A stretch of 63,092 bases of DNA, filler included, from Atractiella rhizophila (GCA_021432655.1; 6 parts of 6 records of this genome joined end to end with filler, not necessarily neighbours in it); one strand, 5' to 3'; positions 39,561 through 53,664 are shown, counted from the whole stretch's first letter. The notes: a model not told the origin generated them from the letters alone. Program-made: numbers and translations.

Positions 39561-39660
39561 NNNNNNNNNNNNNNNNNNNNNNNNNNNNNNNNNNNNNNNN
39601 NNNNTTAATTAATTAANNNNNNNNNNNNNNNNNNNNNNNNNNNNNNNNNNNNNNNNNNNN

Positions 39661-40734
39661 ACCGTGCGCTCCATCCCTCCTCCTCCTCTGCATCCTCTTC
39701 AGCCGATACATCCCTCTCTCAAACGAAACTACGATCGGACCTTCGTGCACTCCTTGGTTCAGAGCAGGGAGAGTGGGAGAGGGAACGCGGGATACGGAGC
39801 GAGCTGTATGGGTATCAGAGAGGAAGTGTATTCGCTTTGAGAGTGAGAGAGGCGGGGACGGAGTGGAGGGTCGATCCGAGGTGGAGGTGGGCCGAGATGT
39901 TGGAGAATGAGGAAAGAGATGAGTCGGAGCGGATGGAGGTGGATCCTAAGGACCCTTCTGTGGATTCTAAGCTGGATGGGATGGCGACAAAGAAGAAGGG
40001 CTACTGGTTGGACGAGAACTTGATGTGCCATTTGAATCCTCAATACTTCATGGACAGTCGTGGAGGTATCTTGTATGTTCCATTTCTTCCTCCTAGGCAT
40101 CGATGCTAAACGCGAGCTACTCTTGATGTGGGAAAGGTGCGACGAGATGGGAACCGGAAAGACTTTCATATCACTCGCACTCATCATGTCCACCAAAGGC
40201 TCTCTCGCCGACATCACGGACGTCCAACGGGAGGCTCCATTCTTCCCAAAGCCGGTTGTTATGAGCGATCTATCTGCGTCATGGGTGTTCAAGGAATATG
40301 TAGACGAGCGATCCAAAATGGGATTCGACGACGGGACGCACGCCCAAGAGCAGGCGAAGGTGAGGATTCCCAGCCTACGACACTTGGCGGCCCATCGTCT
40401 GTTGTGCTCAGGGAAGGAGACCAACCCTTTGGAAGGCGTGGATAAGGAACGGATGCGCGGGATGGAAGTGTCGAATGTGATGACGGAGCTGGAGACTAAT
40501 CCACCTTATTATTTCCTGCCCTATGTTTCTCGCCTCGGATACACTTACAACGTCAACCCGACCGCCTCCATTTCCTCCACACGCACTCCAACCCCGACAC
40601 CCAAGGTGCGCGGACAGCCTGCTACTCCAGAGTACAGGAAGCTGTACGTCTCAAAGACCAACCTTGTCATCGTCCCGTCGAATTTGGTAGTACAGTGGAA
40701 GGAAGAGATCGCGAAGCACATCGTGGAAGGCGAG
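39661..40734 (+). CDS. SNF2-family (Rad5/16-like) helicase, internal fragment
   Basis: Spliced motif I RGGILCDEMGTGKT and motif Ia TNLVIVPSNLVVQWKEEI. Bounded by a linker and an N gap. Confidence 0.82.
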
Positions 40735-40849
40735 NNNNNNNNNNNNNNNNNNNNNNNNNNNNNNNNNNNNNNNNNNNNNNNNNNNNNNNNNNNNNNNNNN
40801 NNNNNNNNNNNNNNNNNNNNNNNNNNNNNNNNNNTGTCCAAACAGAAGG

Positions 40850-41787
40850 AAGATAGGTGGTCATCGTTGTGACAACTTAGCATTGGAGGTCACGGTGCTT
40901 TGCGACAGGTTGTAGTTCGCGCAGTAAAGGCTTGCAGTTCTACGGTAATGTAGGGAGCTTAGAGAGCGACTCGTTTTTGATCTTCGTCGCTAGCTCCTCT
41001 TTAACCGGAGCGAAGGGCTTCGTCTCTTCCGCTTCGACCGGCTGGGGCTCTTTTACCTCGTTGACGCTTTCCTCTGCTATCGGGTCGAACTGCTAAGCCG
41101 CCAGTTCTAACTGACCTGCTTTCTAAAGCCAGACTTCCTTCCGCTGTGGAAACCCAACAAGCTGCTGGTCGGCTGTCTTCCGCCCCTCCGTCTTCCCTTC
41201 CTTCAGAGTGTTCCTGGCCTCTTCCACAGCGGCTCTTGCAACAACTCCTCCTTCTCCCTCTTGCTCCGCCGCGTCTAGTTCAACAACGTCCTTCTCTACT
41301 CCTCCATACTCCTGGAACGCGCCGCCCGCTAAACCTTCTTCCTGCACCTCCACCTCTTCCTCATGTTCTAGGACAACTCAGCCCTTCGCCCGCACTCCGC
41401 CCTCTAACGCGCCTGCTTCTTCCTCCGCCTACCCGAGTTCTCGCAGCCAACCGAACGGGACTCCGCGAGACTCCCACGCTCCCTCCCCAACCCGCTCATG
41501 TTCGGCTTCCTGCGCTTCCTTAACCAGTTTGAAGAGCGCAAGTCCAACGTCATACTCTTCCTCACATTCCGCACCGGCGGCAGCACCCTCCTCACCCAGC
41601 TCGCGCCCTTACCTCTCAAGTAGTCCTTGCACCTACCCCACCTAACCTCCTGACGCGGCCACCTCTTCCTCTACGGTCTCGTTCTCCACCTCCGACACTT
41701 TCTCCTCCTTCCCTTCCTATGCTCAACCTCCGTCCTACGCTTCTTTAGAAGCCAGCTTCTAAGCACTCCTCCTGTCATTTTCATCAT
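40850..41787 (-). pseudogene. Decayed E/K-rich reading frame with multiple nonsense codons
   Basis: One frame reads protein-like (VENETVEEEV..GG*VG*VQGLLER*GRELG..FDPIAEESVNEVKEPQPVEAEETKP) but is interrupted mostly by TAG/TAA. Confidence 0.45.
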
Positions 41788-44129
41788 AAACGTAACGATC
41801 AAGTATATTAGCGAAAAGGATTGTAAAAGTTGTTCGTGGTTTGTGGTCCGTCTCTATGTTTGTTGCACAGACTTTCTTTGTTGTTTCGATTTCTCAGGGA
41901 GTTACTTAGCTTAGGCAAGGGCGGAAGTAACCTAGACTGTCTGAGGAAAGCAGGGGAGACCTCCTACGTAACCTCTTTCGCTGCATTGCGGAAGTCAAAA
42001 CCTTCGCGATCACTAGCGTTGTTGGAGTAGGACAACGTACGTCTATAGAAGAAGACCGAACGTACCGCCGACTTACTCTAGCGGATCGGCGCAATTAAGC
42101 TATGGCGGTAACCAGCCTTCTACATTTCGAACTAACATTTCTCCCCACGATTCCCCTGGTGCGGTCGCAGATCATAGAGGGAGAGGAAGGTGAAAGGAGA
42201 AAAAGGAGCGGACCTCAAGGTAAAGACGGGCTTAGGCGAGAGCGAGTAACAACCCTTATCCAGATGAGTTTCTGAAACGTTCCATGCCAACGCTTTATCT
42301 CTCCTACTCTCCCCACAGGAACTCTCGCATCAGAGACGTGCGACTAACCCCCTACTTACAGCGCAAAACTTCATTTCGCGCTTCTGCCCATAGTAGAACT
42401 CCATGGCGCCACAGAAGTTTCAGGAAAAAGCTGTAAAGAAAAAACGCGAGTTAGTAACGAAGAAGTTTTCTTAGAAAGTACGTCTCCTAGAGCTGAGCCT
42501 GGAGAAAACAAACCGGCTATGCTACAGATTGTTTAGTGAATCACTTTTATCACTCAACCTTACATACCGCGTATGGGAGCGAATTAGCGGACACGGAGAC
42601 ACAGACCGCTGGTGTGTCCAAGTTCCTTCTACTAAGCGCATCGAAATGTTTCCAACTGTGGTACACTTCGGGTTGCCTCGAGTTGCTCCTCCTAGAACGT
42701 AACCCCCAGGCAGACTTTAAACACACGACGGCGAAGTGCGAGACTGGCAACGTAAGGAAAGGGGTCCATCATTTATATTCCATAGGGACGCTAGCTGTCG
42801 CGAACTCGCTGCACCTTCTATAACAAGCCCAAGCTTCTCTTCTCCTCCTTGAAAAGGAAACCGAGTACGAAATAAGCTAATTGGTCCATTAATCGGAAAC
42901 GTCTTTGACTCCATTCTTAAGACCGCAGGCGCTACCTTCTTCCTTCCCCTCTGACTAACCTTCTTGGTCCTAACCGACAGCAGTAAAACCAACTGTACCC
43001 GTAGCGGCTTCTGTCACTGCACTCCACGAAGAAGAATCTGCCCTAGAGGAGTTGGGGTATGTAGTAGCGTAGCATTGCAAGGAATCGTCAGTACCAGAAC
43101 TTGAGGAGGGTCTTCAGTAGAAGTAGAAGGGTTCGAGGAAGGTAATCGTGAAGCACGTGGTAGAAGGCGTTAAAATATTATAGGAGTAAAGGTTATTTCT
43201 GGACAAGGACTCCATTATTGTCACAGAAAAGGAAGTCCCCTAGTTTACAGCTGTAGTAAAGACCTTCAGCTCTGTAGCGCTTAGGCTAGACTAATCTGAC
43301 TTATCTGCTGCAGGTTTGGAACGACAGTTCGCGAAGTCTTTACGTGCGGTCCCGTAATCTTTCTTCACTCGCTAGAACTCTGCTCATTCATCTTGGAAAA
43401 GCAGCCTCTCTCAGGAGCGGCAAGAAGTTTCGAAGGAAACATAAAAGGTGTTCAAGCAGGCTTGGTTTTATGTCTACCCTCTCTACGTTCAACCAGTAGA
43501 CAAGGGAGAAGTCAATGTCCAAGGTTTACGACTCCCTCCTGCATGGTCGACGCGGTCAAGGAAAACGGAGGAGCCTACCTTCTACATTAGCTATAGCCAA
43601 GCGACCCTGCACTGTCTCAACTGGCGCTTCTCGCGCTCGTCTTGCAACATACACTCAGCAACTTATCCCAACTTTCCTTCGAACTACTGCAAGAAGCTAT
43701 TACCCCGTCGAACTGTAGAGACCGTTGTAGGAGACCGGCTAAAGAGTGGTATTGAGAGCTTTCCTAAAGTTTGTCGGAAGGCGACGGGTACGGTAGGTGG
43801 TTCATACCTAGTCACTACGGTTGAAAGGTCAACCTACAGAACGGGAACCAGCGTTTCGTCTTTCCAAGCTCCAAGTCCTACGGGGGATGGTAGGAGGGAT
43901 CAAACAGCTTCAGCAGGGATAGAGGCCGTCGGAGTGTACGATCCTTCAAGAGCAGCTGGAGTGGTAGAAGACGTCAGCTCCGTCTTCACTACCTAACCAT
44001 CGGCTCCTCTAACAAACTGCCACACGGGCACTACTACTTGAACCTGACCCGCACTTCGGCAACCTGCTCACACTGGTTAAATAATCTCGGAGGTTCTCAT
44101 ACCGGAAGCAGCTGGTACTAGGACCTGTT

Positions 44130-44899
44130 TTACACAGTCCCGATATCCCTTGCAAACCGATACTCTGCGTGGCGAAGGTCACCTAGAACTGATATAGACG
44201 GTCGAGTAGAGAGGTTCCGCTTCGCTAGATAATAGTCCTCTTCTTCTTGTGCTAGTTTGCCCAGGTATCGACGGAGCTCGTGCATCTGTGTGAGGAGCTT
44301 GTTGAGCTCTCGAAGAGTAAGGTACCAGATGGTATGGAGGTCTTCAAAGCTCTTCTGCCTCAACTCAGCCGGCGTCCAAGCTCGCCCTTCACGCATTCAC
44401 AACCTTCAACCCTCGTCCCCAAGAATACGAAGAAAGAAGACGTACCAACATGATCCTTCTCCTTCCTCTTCGGCTGTATGGTCATCATGTTACTCTCGAA
44501 AAAAGCCCAAAGAGGATGCGACAGGTAATTCTTCATTTCCTCCTCATCCAACTCCCTCAAACTCCTCCATTCCTCCTCCGGCACCTTCGCCAAATTCTGC
44601 GAATAAACGACATGTTCCGGGCTCGGCGGCTGGGGTTCCTCGTTCTTCGGAGGCTTGAATCCAGGTCCCCGGCCCTTCTTCAGCCTCTTGATCTCACGAC
44701 GAGTCCAGACTTTGGGAGGCGGCGGATTGGTGAGTTTGGGGAGTCGCACAGCGGAGGGGAGGACGTAGTGCCCTCCGTAGGTCGTGGGCTCGCGCTTCGG
44801 CCGTCCGTACGACTGGTGCTTGTGGCGCGTTGGGCCGGCGAGGGCGGGAGAGGAGGTGGAGAAGGTGCGGATGCTGCCTGGGAGTCGCATTGGAGGCAT
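44130..44899 (-). CDS. MRPL4: Mitochondrial ribosomal protein uL29m (apparently 3' truncated)
   Basis: Presequence ([12 protein letters not shown]), HPLWAFF, one intron, then [34 protein letters not shown]. The expected SMARIKxVL helix was not found. Confidence 0.85.
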
Positions 44900-45338
44900 G
44901 GTGGTTGCTGTGGATGCCCAAACGAATTTCGACGAGGAAAGGAATGTAGCTGACTTTATTATACTCTAAGAGCCGCTCTGCGCCAACTTGCCCTTCCTGA
45001 AAACACACACTGCTCCTCTCACACTCCACAAAATTTTGTGCTCACAGGTTTGGTTTCGTTTTGGTTCTAATCTGAACGTGACACGTGATCGCTTCACGAC
45101 GCTGAGCGGTTATGTTTTTGCTTTGCGTATCTCTCAGAGGGTAGGTGCAGCTTCAAATTGAATTCATGACGAGCGAGAAACAGTGCATTTGCTCATCAAT
45201 GTGTCCATTAAATGAGAAGGCCAAACGATGAAAAGAGACATTAACCCAACATGAGTATCATTCAAGGAAACAGGATCAAACACATCCAGTCCATCATCAT
45301 CATAAATCGTTAAGTGCTCATACAACCGAATCGAACAA

Positions 45339-46914
45339 TCACATCCAACACCAGATAAGAACGAAGAAGGCGACGGCGACCGTGCAAGCTATTCGAGAGG
45401 TATCCAAAGCCTTCATCGACAGAGCTCCGCTGCCATTTGAGCCGTTTGAGGTTGGGTTCGTCCCAAACTGGGTGTTGGTCACTCTTCCGGTCGTCGTCGA
45501 GATGGGGATGACGATTACAGTTGGACGACCCTGAGAGTCCGTAGTGGAAACCGACGTCACGGTTTGGGACGGAACTGGATTTCCATTCGCATCCGTGGCT
45601 GAGGGGCGGGGAGAGAGGGGGTTGGAAGGATTAGGATTCGAGGAAGGGTTTGCGGAGGGGTTGGAAGGGTTGGATGAGGGGAGGGTGGAAACACCTTGAG
45701 AATCAGCATTCGAGCTTCCACCAACAGGAGAAGTCGAAATCCCACCTCCTCCAGCCGTCGTAGTAGCTCCTCCACCTCCTCCACCGCCAGGAGGTGTGTT
45801 CGTCGTTGTGCCTCCTCCTCCTCCCGGTGGGTTAGCTACCGCGCATGCCCCTGTGGTCACGGGTGCGTTGGCTTGAACGTTGTAACATCTCGGCGCGGCC
45901 CTATGCATCCACCATTCCCGAATGAGCTATTCAGCACAAAGAAAGGAGGGAGACACACAAGCAATAAGTCTGGAGACCTGCGATGTAGCTGTCGAAATTG
46001 TAAATGCTGTTCTCTGCAGTTTGCCCATCTGGTCTGACGGTGAAAAACCATGCATTCGCGTTCTGCGTTTCCATCAGACAGTGTCAATGTCACTCTTGGA
46101 GCGGATGAGAAAGATAAGAAAACGAACGCAGGTGGCGCAGGTGCGAGCTGCGTTTACGTGGTTTTGATTGCAAACGTTCGGTCCTTGAGCAGTGTTGATA
46201 AAGCCATTACCTTTACCATTCAACATCGCATTCATGAGACTTCATTGCGGATCAAAAAAGTGAGAGGGAGGATACGCACAATTCTGGACACATTGCAGCG
46301 ACGAAGGTGTTCCACCTCCACCTAGATAGTCGCGCGTAGGCATCAACATCCATCACCTGTTGGAGAAGAGAAAAAGGAGAGTGAGGGCTAACCGATACAA
46401 ACTGTGGGTTTCCCATCCGAGTCAGCACCACCAGCACCTCCTGAACAAGTGTTCCCAGGTGCTGGAGACCAATCAGCGCAATTGCAAGGATCTGTTCGTC
46501 AGTGCGCACCATCAGGTCACTATTGGGACAGTAATAAGGATGCAATAGAAAACGAACCTGGACGGTTAGGATTGCTGTCGCTGCATTGGAAACAAGAGTT
46601 ATCAGGTGGAGTGCCGCCTGTCCCACCACCGAAAGAAACAGTCAGTTTTGCATCTCTTCGCTAGTACTAGGAACACCACCGTCAGTCGGCGCGCTGGAGT
46701 CAGTCGTGGTAGTCGTCGAAGGGGGAGGGTTGTCAGATGTCGTGGGAGGAGCAGCCTCAGACGATGTCTCTCCTCCTGGTGCTAATCCTGCATTGCTCGT
46801 GGTGGATTCTTGACGAATGACCAGTCCACGCCTTTCATGGAAGAGGGGCGATGGGAAGGTGGGAACGACGAGGAGGAGAGAGAACAGAAGGGTAGTCAGG
46901 GGTTTCGACATCAT
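45339..46914 (-). CDS. Secreted, probably GPI-anchored Cys-rich and Ser/Thr/Pro/Gly-rich wall protein (multi-exon)
   Basis: Signal peptide, dibasic RR site, S/T/P spacer, Cys-bearing small exons (NSCFQCSD, DPCNCADW, RTCATC), low-complexity stalk, SNGSGA plus hydrophobic tail. Confidence 0.75.
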
Positions 46915-47768
46915 CTTCGACGTCGTCTGCGCCTGTCCAACTTGCGAGATATCTGAGTCTACACCGTTAACTTGATCCTGACAGTTATCGTCGTCGCAGT
47001 GGGATCCGGTGGGATGTGAACATTTGCTCAGCCTTTTATAGTGGGTCGTCGGGGTGAATGCAGATGGCGCTCCGAGAAGAATAGAGAGGCTTGTCCTTCC
47101 ATTCTCAACTTCTCAACGGGATCTCACAAACAATGGTAATTTCGCCTCCGCCACTTCTGGAACCCTGCCATCCATTCATCCTTTCCGCACCCACGGAAAC
47201 CCGCCCCTCCGTCTCGAGGGGATTGTCTCGTGACTTGTATTAGTGAATGAAAATGGTCAGGAAAGGACAGAGTGCGAGCGAAAGTGAAGCAAGCATGTCA
47301 ACCCCACCTGAATAGCCTACCTCGTCCGTCGACGGAGAGATTGGAGGGAGAAGTTTTCCGGCACAATATACTAGTGTCATCGCCATCAAAACATAAAGCG
47401 GCACGAGGAAGTGAGAAAAGAGCAAAGCCAGGTAAACACGGGAAGGTAAATGACACCAAGGAGCTTGGATTTGCACACGACAAATGGGCAGGAAGGAAAT
47501 ACGATGATGAGGACATGGCAAGCATGACAGTGCACATACTCTCGAGCAGGATGCATTCCAATCTGAAGAACTAGAATAGCAGATGATAAACACTGCAGCA
47601 CAAGAACAACCCTTCTCAGAGAGAACCGGAGGTCCTCAGCCAAGACAATCCTTGCAGGGATCCTAGAATGTAAAGAATCCAAGAAACAAGAATCCGGATA
47701 AAGACTTACAACAGTCAACCACTTCATCACAGTGGGATGATTGGTGGCCCACATAAACTACCCGTCCC

Positions 47769-48424
47769 TCAAAGCTCTTTTAAGAAACCCAATAGGCCAC
47801 TATCTACTTTCTCCTCCTCTTTCTTCCTCTTCTTCGCAATTACATCCGCTAACTCTTCCTTCTTCGCGTTCCTTCTCTTCCGTAAAGTTCCTGTCCGTAA
47901 TTCTGTTCCAAGGGAGGGCTTCGAAGCTCTCTGGTCATCCGATTTTGCTAGGATGTCGGCTTTCGAGGTCGTGGTGGGAGTTGAAACAGGCGTTTCGACC
48001 CTCGACAATGGAACAGATGGCGGAGGAGCCTTAGAGGGTACCTTGGGAATGGGAAGAAAGTCGACGTGGGAACAGGTGGAGCAGGAAACAGCGAGGACCT
48101 TCTCCTTCTTCTTTTGCTGTTTTACAAACTTGAGGCGAGTCCGGCAAGTCGTTCCATCTCTCGAGACTCTCGCAGTGTTACATCTTGAACAATAATGCGA
48201 GCTTGCTACCTTTATGCGCAGCAATTTCGATCAGAAACTATCACAATATTGGGATTGGAGGAATAGCAGACCTCCTTGAATGCCTCCCAATCCACCTCAG
48301 CGTTTTCGTATGCCTTTCGCTTCAGACTTCGCACGGTTGAGCGACCCAGCAATGGATCTATAGCGCTGAGTAACTGAGAGGCGCTGTGGATGTGAGAAAA
48401 GGTGAGGATGTCGTCGTTGAGCAT
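47769..48424 (-). CDS. Rpr2/Rpp21/Snm1-family RNase P/MRP zinc-ribbon subunit
   Basis: FSHIHSASQLL helix, CSRC..CSTC zinc ribbon, basic tail ending GLLGFLKEL. One intron. Confidence 0.65.
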
Positions 48425-48762
48425 TGTGAAATGTTTTGCGCAAAAAATAGAATTCGGGGCAATTGTAGTGTAAGTGTTACCGTCTGTTACGTAACGACTC
48501 TAGATCATTTGCTCATGCGTGCAGTGATTGTATGGATGGGGGCTTCACAATGGCATGGTTAAAACGTCTTCATAGAAAATCAAGAGAGGTCCAAAGCCAA
48601 GGGGCTATACTGCAAGCTGTTGATCGGATTCAAACTCTACGCGTCCAACACCTTCCCGCCTTTCGCGACTTGACCCTTTACCAGTAGCAAACAACGACAA
48701 CCATTGTCCCACTGAGAAGTTGTAATTTCCCCTAAGAACTCGATAAAATCACATCAATCGCG

Positions 48763-51151
48763 ATGGAATTGCATCCCCCTGCCAATGCTGACGCTGGCAA
48801 CAGCCTCGGCAACATTCCTAATATCAACTTGAACGCAACCAATGTTGTCGCCATCGATGCCCTCCAGGAAGATATCCCTCTTCAGCAAGCTGATATCGCG
48901 CTTGGAAATGGCTCCATATCTGAAGAAATGACCGGCAAGCAAAAAAACTCAGTTGTATACACTTGGGAGAATCGGGGGCCACCAGCGACTGAGGGCGAGA
49001 CGACACCAGCAAAGGTCCCAATATCATGCTTGTGCTGCAAAGCCCAGTCAGTAACTCTCATTCTCAACAACATATCAGTTGCTTTTCTTCCATCCACCTC
49101 TTTGTCTCCCTGTCTCCGTTTGCGCTATTCTTTTCCCTCCGTTACTCCCTCTTCCTCGTTCATTCAGCCGCGTCCACTGACGCAGTTGCGAATGGAACAG
49201 GAAGAAGAAATGTAACGGGCAAGCCAAGAGAGCATGCACCCGTTGCGTGAATAAGTGGGAGAAATGGGTTCAGACCGTTGCGAACGGAAAAGTGCAGAAG
49301 GAGAAAGAGATGGGAGTCTGCGAGTATAGGGCAAATTCGCAGTGTGTTCCTCCTTGCTGATCTTTTATTCGTTTCGCTCCCAAGGTGCCCTCTGACTGAG
49401 TACGAATTGTTGGATAGAGAGGAGACGAACGCGATAAAGGCGCTAAGGAATAGAAAGAGCCCGGATGGCGGCATCGAGAAGCAAGGGAACTTGATGGCGC
49501 CAAAGAGGAAGGGACTCGCTCCAGAGGATGATACGAGGAGTGAGACCAACGAGGCAGGGATGAAGAAGATGAAGACGACCCAAAACCCTCCTGAACACCA
49601 AACAATGTCCTATGTAGACGTCTCGAACTTGAATTGGCTTAGCAACCTTTATCATGCCAATGCCGCACGACCCATGGCTCCTTTCTCTGCCGTCGATCAC
49701 GTAATTAATCCTTATCTAACCATACATCAGTCTCAAAACGGAGAGATGGCGACTGGCGGTTTCGTACCACACCTTGTACAAAGTAGGCCCTATGTCGCGG
49801 AAATCCTTGCTTTGGGGGAAGCAAACCCATGGTCAAACCCCAGCGGTTGGAATCAGACTGCGATGAATCCAGTTGCGATGAATCCGACTTCTGCGAATCC
49901 CATTGCGATGAATCAGTTTGAAATGAATCCGACCGAGCAAGGAGTTTACCTAGGAGAGCAAGCTGGATCTATCCCTCAACTCATGTCGTACCCCACTCTC
50001 CACCCTCAGAATGGCGACATTCCTCCGCCGATGTCTGATTGCAATCAAGGAGGGGATGTCCCTCTTGTCTCCAATGTTCTAGGCTGCGGGAACGGCGTTA
50101 ATGGACCTCTGAATGCCCAACTTGAACCGCTGGCGTTCCCTTTCAACCAGTCCTCGAACTTCAATCCAACAAATCTTGAACCCCCTGCAGCAACAGCGAC
50201 TGCTCTACAGCCTTTCTGGGAAAGTGGGATTCCCATCTTTAAAGGTAATATGTCATCCTGTGACGCGAAAAGCGCGTCCAAGGTCGACTTCGAGAACGGA
50301 GTAGGAATCGACTTCGGAAATCCTGCAACGTCTGGTGTTGGGGTTAACACAGATATTTCACCCCCTTCGATAAAACTGGTATCATAGGAGGTGAAAGTCT
50401 GAGCGGTGTGGATCTGGACGAGTTGTTGAGAAAGATCGAGGCCACCAATAAAGATCCCCCAGTTGAGCACAGCGCGCAAGCTGGAGTCGGTACGGCTAGT
50501 CAAGGAACGCAAGATTTGCCTTCAGTTCACCAAAACGCCGCTCTCGCTCAAGCAGATATCAATGGTGGAATACGCTGGCCCTCTGACATGACTTTATCTT
50601 CCTCTGCATCATGTAGTGCCGCCAAGTTCCATCAACACACCAGTGGGGTCGTCACCTGGGAACAACTCAGGGCAGACGGTGAAAATTTCTTCTCCCTTAA
50701 TTCGAGCCTAAGGACGATGGAGGTAGAGGTGAAGGTGACTTCTGGCGTCCTCGAAGGACTCAGGTCGGCGAAGGATGGTGCAAGTGCGGGCGTGAATCTG
50801 ACAGACGAAAGAGGAGACTTGTGCGATGGCAACCAAAGCCAGTCAGCTGTTATCAGCGGTCAGCAAACTCACGAAGGGGAGAATAACGGTTCTCACGGAG
50901 GAGCAATAATATCAAACGAGTGGAACTTGTTTAATTCCTTCAATGAAGATTCCCCCATCAACATCCCCTCGTTTTCCTCTCCAAACCCCTTCTCGCCTTC
51001 CTTGTCGTTTCCACAACTAGGATCCTTGTCGCAAGATCGGGAGAGCGATTGTAACAATGGCTCTGACAAGGAATGGGATATTTCCAAGTTCTTGACTGAT
51101 TCTGGAGACATTTCGGTCGACAAGGTCGTTGCAACCATGTACCAACAATAA
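48763..51151 (+). CDS. Zn(II)2Cys6-like transcription factor with low-complexity C-terminus
   Basis: Splicing 49047-49200 gives SCLCCKAQKKKCNGQAKRACTRC-x24-CEY. NLS-like PKRK and AMNP repeats. Apparent frameshift in the C-run at 50361-50365. Confidence 0.65.
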
Positions 51152-52829
51152 CCGTCGTGCTGTGATAGCTGACTTCGATTTTCAATTGCTTGATCGTTCC
51201 TACAATTCGTTCTTTTAAGCTGTAAAGCCCAGATACTCAACATACAACATTGCGAATAACCTACTCTTTTCAGTTTAACCAGTTCTTGTACCTCAAAGGC
51301 ACCAATATTTCTTCTCTAAATAGTAACTCGTGGGCTCTGATTGATGTTATGCAGGTCAAAAACATCGTTTAATTTTTCTTGTCCGATTTAGGTTCCGAAA
51401 GACTTCAACCTTTGTCTGCCCGCTAACCTGCACACTCAGTCGCCGCGACAAATCTTTCCATTCCATTCAGGGTTCCAGTGTATAAGCATGTGCAACAGGT
51501 GGACAAGCATTGACTTTAATGGCTAAATTGGAAATGTCATGGAAGCATTGCGCCGCAAGTGCAACGTGAACCAGTGCGTTACCTGACCTTACACTTCCTG
51601 GCTTCTGCTTGTCATCCAACTTCGATGAACAGCTTTAATATATGAACAGGATGTCAGTGTCGCTGTGTTGCAATGAACACATATCTTTATCTGACGATGG
51701 TGACTTAGCTAGTCAAAAACAATGATTTCACCCCTGCAACAGATTGATACATGAATGTTTTCTTGCAAACACAGTACCCTGTGCATCAACGATGTAAAAT
51801 GCAGTCACTTGAATTATCCTTCAAGCGTTGAATATCCTAGCTCGATATTGCAAATTCGTCTTGGATTCATGGGTGAGATGCTGTGATAATGGAGTATCAT
51901 CTTGAGTATCATCTTATTGGATTCCTGCTCTTTAAGCAAGAATGGTGTCTGTCTCCATTGTTAGACTTCGACACCATGTTATGCGTTGATATTTGACAAA
52001 TAGCAAAATCTTCACCTAGCGTTCCTAGCATTCTGTAGCACAAACAAGATCTGTGGACAAATTTCCATCAGTCGTGAAGATATGATGGAAATAGAACATC
52101 AAAAGGAAGTTTGTGGGAGAAGATGATCACTCCCAGAGTAAGTGTTAGAGGATTCTGCGAGGGCCAATATCTGCAGCGATGTGGTTCGCAAAAAACCCGC
52201 GTTGCGACTCAAAAGTGCCTTCAATTTGCAGAGTGACCAACGGATGTGATCTATGATCTATTGTAGTAATGGGCTCGAATGTCTATCAGCCGCTCAGGTC
52301 CGTCATACTATACTCTGGGTCGTATCCCATCTCGTGGTTTAACGGTGAGAGTCGAGTTGCTTCCATGTACCAGCAGGACTGCCCGATGTGCACTTCATCT
52401 CCTGGTTCCCGGACGCGGAGAGGTGAGGACCAAGCGACTCCCCCGAGCACCCCACCATGTTGTAGCAAGGGAATGTATAGTGATGACTGATGCATTACGA
52501 TGGAAGTATGAATAGAGGTACAAGAATTGCGCTTAGCTTGTCTTCCACCTGTCCTTCTCGTTCTGAGTCTTCTTTCTGAGTACGGTATCCCCTTTCGGAG
52601 TCTGTAGTATCCGTCAGTACGTTACAAAGAGTTAGTCCGCGTTAGCAAGCCTTTCCTTCACCACCTGCTGGAAACGAGTTGGGAGTGCGGTTGCCATTCC
52701 TGGCTTCGAACGCAGATCCCCGCTTTCGNNNNNNNNNNNNNNNNNNNNNNNNNNNNNNNNNNNNNNNNNNNNTTAATTAATTAANNNNNNNNNNNNNNNN
52801 NNNNNNNNNNNNNNNNNNNNNNNNNNNNC

Positions 52830-53199
52830 TGTGGATACGATGACTCCTCCGTAGAGTCATGGTTCCCGTCTACTGCTTCGATACTACTTTGGGGAATTCC
52901 CTGTCCTTCCAACACCTCTTCTCTCCCCATCATTCTTCCCCTCATTGCAACATTCAGGTCACGCATTAGGTGATCCTGTAATGATTGTTAGTATCTCTCC
53001 TTACTCCACTATTTCGTCTCTTATGATTGTTACTTTACTCTCTTGCATCTTCGATGTTTGTTTATGGTATCATTGGTATTTCATGTTTATATAAGGCCTA
53101 TCGTACAGCTATGTAAATTCAGACTTGTTCCCAGTCTCAACTCGCATCCAGCACTCCCACATTTCTAACCTTAACCTTTCCGTATACGCCGTATTCACA
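52830..53199 (+). mobile_element. LTR-like sequence (370 bp)
   Basis: TGTGGATACG...CGTATTCACA terminal inverted repeat (9/10) and an internal TATATAA. Left flank lost, so TSD cannot be tested. Confidence 0.6.
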
Positions 53200-53664
53200 C
53201 AACGCTATTCCACTTCTCCTTTTCCCTCCTTTTCCCTGTTGCAAACTTTCACCACGGCCATTTAAATCAAACTTCTTGCACATCCCCAGATCGACGACGT
53301 TCATCAAAGATGCTGAGAACTTTGAAGGCCGTCCCGATCCGAAGAAGGAAGCTGTGAAGATGGATACGCCTCGAACTGCGGAAGGGAATAAGTAAAAGAG
53401 GGGTTAACCCACGAATGGTCCCTCACGTACTCTCTTCGTTGGAAACCTTGGATTCGAGACAACGATATGGTGTTGCCTTGATATATAATTGTAGTTAACA
53501 ACGTAAATGCAGTCGATGTTTGATTTACACGCTGAGAAGGAACAAGCCACCAGAATCCAAAAAGTGCGAATGATGACGGTCAAGGATACGGGAAAATGCA
53601 AGGGGTTAAATCATTTCCAAAGGGTCGCAAACCTTTTTATCACTAACGTATTTAGTGTGCCAAT

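Noticed and set aside
51152..52728. Possible gene relic after the Zn-cluster gene (SMYQQ resembles TMYQQ)
   Set aside because: Match too short and no coherent frame.
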